Positions 52,796 through 64,000 of a DNA stretch of 64,000 nucleotides are shown one piece after another. The DNA is from an uncultured Planctomycetota bacterium. GTDB lineage: Bacteria > Planctomycetota > Planctomycetia > Isosphaerales > Isosphaeraceae. The translations under genes were made by a program, and so were the position numbers. Within the stretch, counting starts at the first letter, position 1; the number at the start of each line of letters is the position of its first letter. Below the pieces are notes generated by a model. That model made no database searches and was not told the DNA's origin. It saw only the letters and a list, made by a program, of their open reading frames with translations. The stretch is from positions 512,001 through 576,000 of the forward strand of contig CAWJTV010000034.1 in assembly GCA_963845755.1 (NCBI GenBank), given 5' to 3'.

Positions 52796-54433
52796 TCAAC
52801 GTGTCGGCGGTGTGGCCGGACTCGCGCCCGCGTTCGAGTCCGCGAGGGGTGCGTGGCCCTGGGCAGCTTGCGAGGTCAACCACTGCGCCGGTTGGCCGAG
52901 TGCTCGGTAGAGGTCGAACTGGGCGGTGTTGTATTCGCCGATGGCGAACGCGTATTGCTCGTAGGCGCCCTCGAGTGCAATGATCGCGGCGACGACCTCC
53001 TGGGGGCGGACGATCAGGCGGAGCAGCTCGCCGGCGGGCCGGGCCGTCTCGCGCAGGCCGATGAAGTTCTTGTCGGCCGATTCGATCGCCTGGCGAACGC
53101 CTTCTTCGGTCTCGACCACCCGGAGGCGGGCTGTCTGGAGCCGGGCGACGGCCTGTGTCACCTCGGACTTGACCCGGAAGACGGTCCGGGTGAACGTGAT
53201 CGACGCCAGGTCTTTCTCGGCCCGGCGCTGGCGGATCAGCCCCATATTGCCGATCCCGCCGTTGCGGAGCTGCCAGACCGCAGAGAGCTCGACATTGAAC
53301 GCCGAGCCGTTGCTGTTCAGCAGGCCATTCGGGCCGGCGGAGAGGTTGCCGGCGGCGAGCTGACCGGTCGCCGAGGTCGGGCTGATGACGTAGACCTCGG
53401 GCAGGAACGGACGATGCGTCTCCCGGCGGAGGAGCTGCTCGGCCGCGGCGACGAGCTCGCGCTGCGAGGCGATCTCGGGGCGATTGTGCACGGCGACCGG
53501 CACCAGCTCCTCAAGCGTCTGATCGCACGGTACGAGCGTGACCTGGAGGAACGGAGGCTCGATCGGTTCCAGCAGAGTGGACGGCTCGAGCAGCAGGATT
53601 TCGGCCAGTTGGGCGCTGGCCACCCGCCAGTCGCGGATCGCGACCTGCTGGGTCTGACGCAGGCTCTGGAGCTCGGTCTGCGCCCGATTGATCTCCAGTG
53701 GAGCGATCAAGCTCGGGGCCAGCCCCTTGGTGAAGTTCACCAGCAGTTCGGCGCGGTCGATCGAGGCCCCGGCACCAAGCAGCCGCCCGCGCGCCGCCTG
53801 GAGGTTGAAGAACGCCTGCGAGACCTGAAGCAAGACGTCGTTCCGCGCCGTCTGCAGATCGGCCCGTCGCGACTCGACCACCCGCCGCGCCGCCAGAGGA
53901 GAGAAGATGGCGTCGGTGAGCCCAACGTTCAGGAACGGACCGCCTCCGACGAAGAACGACTGACGCCCCTTGCGGAAGTTCTCGCCGCTGAAGATGTTCT
54001 GCTGCACGCCGTCATGCCGGAAATAATCGACGCCGGCATTGACGTTCGGAATCCACAATGCCTTGGCCTGGAGATGCAAGGCCAGGGCCTGCTGGAGAAA
54101 GGCCGTCGCCGCGGCGATGTCGAGCGGCCGGAGTCCGGCCAGGGACATCGCGGTCGCGAGGTTGATCGGCAAGCCGCTCGGGACGTGGGCGTCCATCCCA
54201 CCGCGCGACAGGCCGGCCCCCGCGGGGCCGGGAATGGGCCGCGGCGCCGCCGGTACCGGCATCATTCTCTCCACCGCGCCGAGCTCCGACCGCTGATCTC
54301 CTGCACTCGGCGGAGAGACCCGCTCATCCAGCGCGGGCGGGAGAGGACCCGGCTGCGCATGAGCCTCCGGACCCAGCAGCATGGCACCCAACGTCAACGG
54401 CAACAGCCAGCGGCGATGGCGTCTCCGACGCAT
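52796..54433 (-). CDS. TolC family outer membrane factor
   Basis: Signal peptide, helical repeats, YNTAQFDLYRALG; first gene of RND operon. Confidence 0.8.
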   Translation of the reverse strand: MRRRRHRRWLLPLTLGAMLLGPEAHAQPGPLPPALDERVSPPSAGDQRSELGAVERMMPVPAAPRPIPGPAGAGLSRGGMDAHVPSGLPINLATAMSLAGLRPLDIAAATAFLQQALALHLQAKALWIPNVNAGVDYFRHDGVQQNIFSGENFRKGRQSFFVGGGPFLNVGLTDAIFSPLAARRVVESRRADLQTARNDVLLQVSQAFFNLQAARGRLLGAGASIDRAELLVNFTKGLAPSLIAPLEINRAQTELQSLRQTQQVAIRDWRVASAQLAEILLLEPSTLLEPIEPPFLQVTLVPCDQTLEELVPVAVHNRPEIASQRELVAAAEQLLRRETHRPFLPEVYVISPTSATGQLAAGNLSAGPNGLLNSNGSAFNVELSAVWQLRNGGIGNMGLIRQRRAEKDLASITFTRTVFRVKSEVTQAVARLQTARLRVVETEEGVRQAIESADKNFIGLRETARPAGELLRLIVRPQEVVAAIIALEGAYEQYAFAIGEYNTAQFDLYRALGQPAQWLTSQAAQGHAPLADSNAGASPATPPTR

Positions 54434-55440
54434 GGGCGCCTCTCTATCCTGGAGCCCGAAGAGTTCTCAAGACCGGGCGGACCCTGCCGAGAAGGGCCCG
54501 CACCTCGGGACCTGGCTCTTCGCTGTAGACCGGACACACACTCACACACGGACTGACGCCAATCGTCCAAGGATCTCCCAGTTCCCTCCCCGTTCGCAAG
54601 AACCGGAGTCGTCGGCATCATCGATAGGATTATCGACCAGAGGAACAGCCTTACCATGAGGGAAACTCGCCCCAATTCCCTGAAGGTTCGAGAGTGGCCT
54701 TCGCGGCGGGATCACTTCCCAAGTCTCCAGTACCGAGCGTTGAGCCTTACGTCCGCTGATCTTGCGACTGCCGCCCGCGACATGCTCGGCGCCGGGCCAC
54801 ACTCCCAATTTAGATGAACATATTTATATTTATCGTATTAATGGTCATCTGCGGCCTCAAATCGGCCGGATACGCCCGACCGGGAGCACCAGCTCGTTCC
54901 GTTCGAAAATAGATCGATGCATAGATGGTTGGTGGCGAACCCGTGCTCGGGAAAGTGAATCAGGAATCTTGAAAAAAATGCCCCGAGCAAGAAGAATTTC
55001 CTTGGAAATGGTTCAAGTCTTGCGTAGGATGATAAGATGCGATTTTATCGGAAGGCGAGCTGGCAAGATGGAGGCAGCGAGGTTGCCGCCGCTGTCGCGC
55101 TTCTGGCGCTGCTGGGAACAAGAAAGACATCCGGGAGCCCGGTCAAGGAGGATGCCGGTTGGACGATTGGGGTCTGGGACGACCTGTTTTCGACCGCGAC
55201 AATCCTCATGGCGTGTCCGGAGGATTGCCCGCGGACTTTTTTCGTCAACATCTTGCGAACCGGCTCGGGATCGATCCGTGATCGGCTGATACAACCGGAC
55301 GCATTGATGATGCAACGTGATGTGAGCGGACACACCGGGCGGCCATTCTGAATCCGTCGGGATGGGGAAGACCGCCGCTTTCACCCACCAACCACCCCCC
55401 CACTTCGGCACGGCCAGGGACGTGCAGAGGAGAGTGTCTC

Positions 55441-59697
<4,257 letters not shown>

Positions 59698-59730
59698 TCC
59701 CCAGTCCCGACAGCTCGTGAGTTTACTCTC

Positions 59731-59767
59731 GACCGGCCTGGCTCCTCTCCGGGAGCGCAGGCCGGTC
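59731..59767. terminator. Hairpin between convergent rpoC and glycosyltransferase
   Basis: GACCGGCCTG...CAGGCCGGTC stem. Confidence 0.55.
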
Positions 59768-59782
59768 TGATTTCACCAAGGA

Positions 59783-61030
59783 TCAGGACGTTTTATTGGC
59801 CTCGATCCCAGCCACTCGCTCGAAGAACTCCTTGAGCGGCGGGATGCAAACCTCGAGGCTGTAGTGTTCCTCGATCGTGCGGCGGGCGACCTGGCCCAGT
59901 GGGGCGAATTCGGCCGGGTCGTCGAGCACCCGCAGGGCCGTCTCGGTCAGGCGTTCGACGTCGAACAGAGGCTCGACCAGCCCGTTCTCGCCCGGACGGA
60001 TCACCTCGCGGACCGGCGGTACGTCCGAGCCCAGCACGACGCAGCCGCAGGCCATCGCATTCAACAGCGACCACGAGAGCACAAACGGGGCCGTCAGGTA
60101 GATGTGCAGATCGCTGATCCGCATGATGTCGGCCAGTTGCTCGGGGAGAATGCGTCCCAGGAACAGGAACCGCGACAGGTCGTAGCTCCCCCGACTCAGG
60201 ACCCACTGCTTGAAGCTAGGTGCCCCGGTGTGGAGCTTATCCCATCCGTAGTGGATCTCCTCGCCACCGACCACCACGAAGAGCACGTCGGACCTCTGCC
60301 GAGCGATCCGATCGGCCGTCTGCATGAACACGTCGAACCCCCGGATCGACTCCAGTCCCCGCGAGACGAACGTGACCACGCGCGAGCCCGGCGGAATCGA
60401 CGTCGTCCCGATTCGTCGCGGCGCCGGACCAGGATGGTAGAGCTCCAGGTCGATCCCATCGAAGTGCACCTCGATCTTGGACTGAAACCGCGCCGGGAAC
60501 GAGGCTTTCTGCCAGTGTGTCGCCGAGTAGCCGGCGTCGCAGTTAACCAGCGTCGCCAGGGTCGGCGCGTTGATGCAGCGCGGGAAGAACGGGGCCGGCT
60601 CGGCCGGCGGCAGGTCGATTCGGTAAGAGATGTCGCGATGGTTGTTCGCGAAGTAATACTCACAATAATTGATGATGGGGCAGTCGAGCAACTCGCGGAG
60701 GAACAGCGTGGGCGCGCCACGACCGCCGTGAGCGACAACCAGCTCGGGGCGGAGCTGGGTCTTGGCCTTGATGGTGTCGTGGACCGAGCGGCATTGTTCG
60801 AGGTATTGGCCGTAAATCTGGGGCCAGGGGATGCCCTCGCCGGACTTGTGCTCGGCCGTCAGGGGCATTTGGTACAACTCGAGGACCTGGAGCATCTCGG
60901 GCGTCGGCGTCGGACAGCTCGAGAGGCTTTGCACCAGGAACTGGCACTTCCAACCGTATCGTCGGTGTAGCTCGAATCCGAGTCGTCCGAACTGGGCGGG
61001 GAAAGCGTCATGGATGAAGAGGACGTTCAT
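59783..61030 (-). CDS. Glycosyltransferase family 4
   Basis: FPAQF, RGLESIRGF, SWSLLNAMACG. Confidence 0.88.
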   Translation of the reverse strand: MNVLFIHDAFPAQFGRLGFELHRRYGWKCQFLVQSLSSCPTPTPEMLQVLELYQMPLTAEHKSGEGIPWPQIYGQYLEQCRSVHDTIKAKTQLRPELVVAHGGRGAPTLFLRELLDCPIINYCEYYFANNHRDISYRIDLPPAEPAPFFPRCINAPTLATLVNCDAGYSATHWQKASFPARFQSKIEVHFDGIDLELYHPGPAPRRIGTTSIPPGSRVVTFVSRGLESIRGFDVFMQTADRIARQRSDVLFVVVGGEEIHYGWDKLHTGAPSFKQWVLSRGSYDLSRFLFLGRILPEQLADIMRISDLHIYLTAPFVLSWSLLNAMACGCVVLGSDVPPVREVIRPGENGLVEPLFDVERLTETALRVLDDPAEFAPLGQVARRTIEEHYSLEVCIPPLKEFFERVAGIEANKTS

Positions 61031-62303
61031 CACCATCCTCCCCGGGCGGCGGCCAGGCTGCCGAGCTGCTCGGCGAGTTGGGGTAGACACGCGTCCTGGC
61101 TGAATCGCTCGCGCACGAATTGCGCCGCGGCGTCGCCGAGCGGCCGGTGGGCTTCCGGGTCATCCAGCACGGCCAGAGCCCGTCGCGCCAGGGTGTCGGC
61201 GTCTCGAGCGTCAACTAGCAGGCCGGTCTCTCCAGGACGGATGACCTGGCGGTGCGGCTCGGTGTCCGAGACCAGCACGACGCAGCCGGCGGCCATCGCC
61301 TCGAGCAGCGACCGCGCGACCGGATAGACACGCCCCGGCGCGACGTGCAGATCGCTGGCCGCCAGGACCTCCGCTACGGTCGCCGGCGTCGAGGCGCCCA
61401 GGAACCAGAGCCGATGCGGGTCCACGACCGGTCGCCCGGCCAGCAAATGTGCGGGGTAATCCTTGTTATGGAACGCGACATCCAGACTCCGTTTGACGAT
61501 CGGGTCGCCCACCACGACGATCAAGGCGTCGGGCCGGTCGCGGAGCACCGCGTCGGCGGTTGCCAGGAACCGGTCGAACCCGCGAACCTGGTCCAACGAC
61601 CGGGCTACGAAGCTGACGACCCTCGTCGAATCGGCGATCGCACGACCGGCAATGGTGCGACCGCCGGTCCTCGCGGCATGCCAGGCCGAACGCACGAAAC
61701 GGCGCGTGTCAACGCCGTCGTGCAACACCAGGAGCCCGTCACGATATTCGGTCGGGAACAGCCCGCGCTGCCAGTCCGTCGGTGTCCAGCCCAGCGTGGC
61801 CTGTTCGAGGTCGAGGAGATCGATCGCGGCCATCGACCGTCGCCAGTGGAAGTAAGCCGGCGGAGTCTCGGGCCCGGTCTCGTCGGCCAGGTCGTTTCGG
61901 TGGGCGTGATAGTAATAATCCAGGAAGTTGACCACCGGCGCGGCGGGCCAGTAGACCGGCGCGAACAAGGACGAGCCCAACCCCGCGGAACGGCCGACGA
62001 TCAGGTCAATCGGGCGGGGCCGGCGCTGTTCCAGGACCTCCCAGCATCCGTAGGAGTAGCACAGGCTGCGTTCCATCGCGCGAGACCAGGTCACGGCCGA
62101 TTCGCGCCAACACCCCCCACGCCGAAGACCTGAACCTCCAGCCCCTGGCCGACCGAGGCGGGCCAGGTTTCGCGCGGATCGAGCGAATGGCAGTAGAACC
62201 ACGACCGATATCCCCGTCGGCGGACCAGCCAGTCGGCAACGGCACCCAGCCGGCCCGGAAACGTGGGCTCTACCCAGAGCACGTTGAGCGGGTCTTGAGC
62301 CAT
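61030..62303 (-). CDS. Glycosyltransferase family 4 paralog (frameshift ~62115)
   Basis: RSLDQVRGF, SLLEAMAAG; stop overlaps next start (TGATG). Confidence 0.85.
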
Positions 62304-62363
62304 GAGTGCGGCGGGGTTTCGGGGCCCGACAGTCGGAGGCTTCGCGCGAGCGATCGGGCTCGC

Positions 62364-62837
62364 TCACCACGCGAAATGGGCGAACGCCTTGTTGGCATCG
62401 GCCATGCGGTGGACGTTCTCGCGGCGGGTGATGGCGGCCCCTTCCCGGTTGTAGGCGGCAACCAGCTCGTCGGCGAGCTTGATCGCCATCGGCCGCCCCT
62501 TCTTCTCGCGGGCGGCCATCAGGAGCCATCGGATCGACAAGGTCTGCTGCCGGTTCTTGTTAACCTGCATCGGGACCTGGTACGTCGCACCGCCAACGCG
62601 CTTGGAGCGGACCTCGATCAGCGGCTTGACGTTCTCCACCGCACGCGTGAACACATCGATCGGGTTTTCATTCGGGAGCCGCTTGTGGATCAGCTCCATC
62701 GCGTCATAGAAGATCTTGATCGCTACGCTCTTCTTGCCGTCGTGCATGACGCAGTTGATGAACTTGCCGGCCAGCTTCGAGCCGAATCGCGGGTCCGGGC
62801 GGAGGTGGGTCTTGCTGGCGGTGAACTTCCGGGCCAT
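62364..62837 (-). CDS. rpsG: 30S ribosomal protein S7
   Basis: [23 protein letters not shown]. Confidence 0.98.
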   Translation of the reverse strand: MARKFTASKTHLRPDPRFGSKLAGKFINCVMHDGKKSVAIKIFYDAMELIHKRLPNENPIDVFTRAVENVKPLIEVRSKRVGGATYQVPMQVNKNRQQTLSIRWLLMAAREKKGRPMAIKLADELVAAYNREGAAITRRENVHRMADANKAFAHFAW

Positions 62838-62859
62838 ACGGGTCAGTCCCTCTCAGCTT

Positions 62860-62980
62860 GGGATTCCAGATTGCCGATTCCAGATTCCAGAATTCGCGGA
62901 TTCCCGATTCCAAGGCACAAGAACCAGACTGGAGGGATCGTCTCTCCATGGGGAATCTGGAATCTCGAATCTGGAATCCG
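62860..62980. repeat. Inverted heptamer (GATTCCA / TGGAATC) repeat hairpin between rpsL and rpsG
   Basis: Tandem GATTCC(A/G) then reverse-complement tandem. Confidence 0.75.
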
Positions 62981-62986
62981 TGAACG

Positions 62987-63385
62987 TTATTTCTTCTTGG
63001 CCCCCGGCGCGGCGGCCTTCTTGCGGGGAGCGCCATACTTGGAACGCGCCTGTTTCCGCTCGCCGACACCCTGGCAGTCGAGCACGCCGCGGACGATGTG
63101 ATAGCGCACGCCCGGCAAGTCGCGGACGCGACCGCCCCGCACGAGGACGATCGAGTGTTCCTGGAGATTGTGCCCTTCGCCACCGATGTAAGCGGTGATC
63201 TCCTTGCCGTTGGATAGCCGCACACGTGCGACTTTCCGCAGCGCCGAGTTGGGCTTCTTGGGCGTCATCGTCTTGACCTGGAGGCACACGCCCCGCTTGA
63301 ACGGCGAGGACTCCAGGACGGGCGCCTTGGTCTTATACTTGACCGGCCGGCGCGGTTTTCGGACAAGCTGGTTGATCGTGGGCAT
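62987..63385 (-). CDS. rpsL: 30S ribosomal protein S12
   Basis: [27 protein letters not shown]. Confidence 0.98.
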   Translation of the reverse strand: MPTINQLVRKPRRPVKYKTKAPVLESSPFKRGVCLQVKTMTPKKPNSALRKVARVRLSNGKEITAYIGGEGHNLQEHSIVLVRGGRVRDLPGVRYHIVRGVLDCQGVGERKQARSKYGAPRKKAAAPGAKKK

Positions 63386-63579
63386 GTATCCGTCGTTCCG
63401 TTCCCTTGACCTCACCGCCGCGACATCGGGTCCCAACGGCTGGTTCGAACCGATGCTCCAACAGGCTCGCCCCGCACGCATTCCCTGCTCTAGCACGGCG
63501 CGCAGCGAGACTGATTCTCAGAGTGCCAAAGTTCTTAAGATACCGCCAACCCTGAGAATGTCAAGCATTCGACCAGGCT

Positions 63580-64000
63580 TCAGGCCAGTTTGGGCACGGG
63601 AAGCGAGCTTAGAGCCGTGAGGGTCGCCACCAGGCCGATATACTGCATGAGAATCCCCGGATCCGGCTCTTGAGCCGGCCTTTCCACGACCGTGCGAGCG
63701 GCTCCAACCACCATTAACACGAGCAGCAGGAGCGAGAGGCCTTCTTCCTGAGCCAGGGCCCAGGCGGTGGCGATGGCGGCAACCGCCAGCCAGCGTTGCG
63801 GGCGGGTCAGGCTGCGGAATGCGCGTCCGCCGTCGAGCTGCCAGATCGGAATCAGGTTGAATAAGTTGATGAGAGCTCCCACTTGCGCCAGCGCGGCCCA
63901 GATCGGTTGGTGGGACAGGGCGTAGATGCCGGCGCAGGCCACGGCGGCGAAGAGGCCCCAGATCGGGCCAGCCAATCCGACGCGTGCGTCTTGCCTCGGA
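63580..64000 (-). CDS. Site-2 protease (M50) family protein, C-terminal part
   Basis: LAGP, NLFNLIPIWQLDGG. Confidence 0.8.
   Translation of the reverse strand, partial: PRQDARVGLAGPIWGLFAAVACAGIYALSHQPIWAALAQVGALINLFNLIPIWQLDGGRAFRSLTRPQRWLAVAAIATAWALAQEEGLSLLLLVLMVVGAARTVVERPAQEPDPGILMQYIGLVATLTALSSLPVPKLA

Overview
GC-rich bacterial DNA, most likely a planctomycete (PVC-type heme-c protein, RpsL RVRDLPG, planctomycete-style TPR kinase). Single-base indels are frequent, even in rpoC, so most frameshifts are probably read errors. The main discovery lies at 9.3-33.8 kb. A 10,530-bp element (9288-19817) has perfect 51-bp TGT...ACA terminal inverted repeats and a 5-bp GGACG target duplication but no transposase. 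Inside it, six conserved junctions (GCxTCGGT-N7/8-ACGAATGGCAC|TA|GCTTAAGCGTAA) alternate in orientation. They divide the element into three ~205-bp AT-rich 'core' modules and two ~2.3-kb gene cassettes (SDR + methyltransferase; NDT/TIR-like protein + Fic), resembling a cassette array. Two near-identical group II introns sit at the same nucleotide of two of these junctions, and the intron EBS1/delta sequence is complementary to the junction. A degenerate fourth unit (28806-33773) brackets about 4.9 kb of cargo, with an IS630 at the same TA. IS4, IS481-like, MITE and REP elements cluster nearby. The rest is host-like: oxidoreductases, cutC, HD-GYP/kinase/Ig-like/matrixin genes, an RND system, an rpoC lacking adjacent rpoB, two glycosyltransferases and rpsL-rpsG without fusA.
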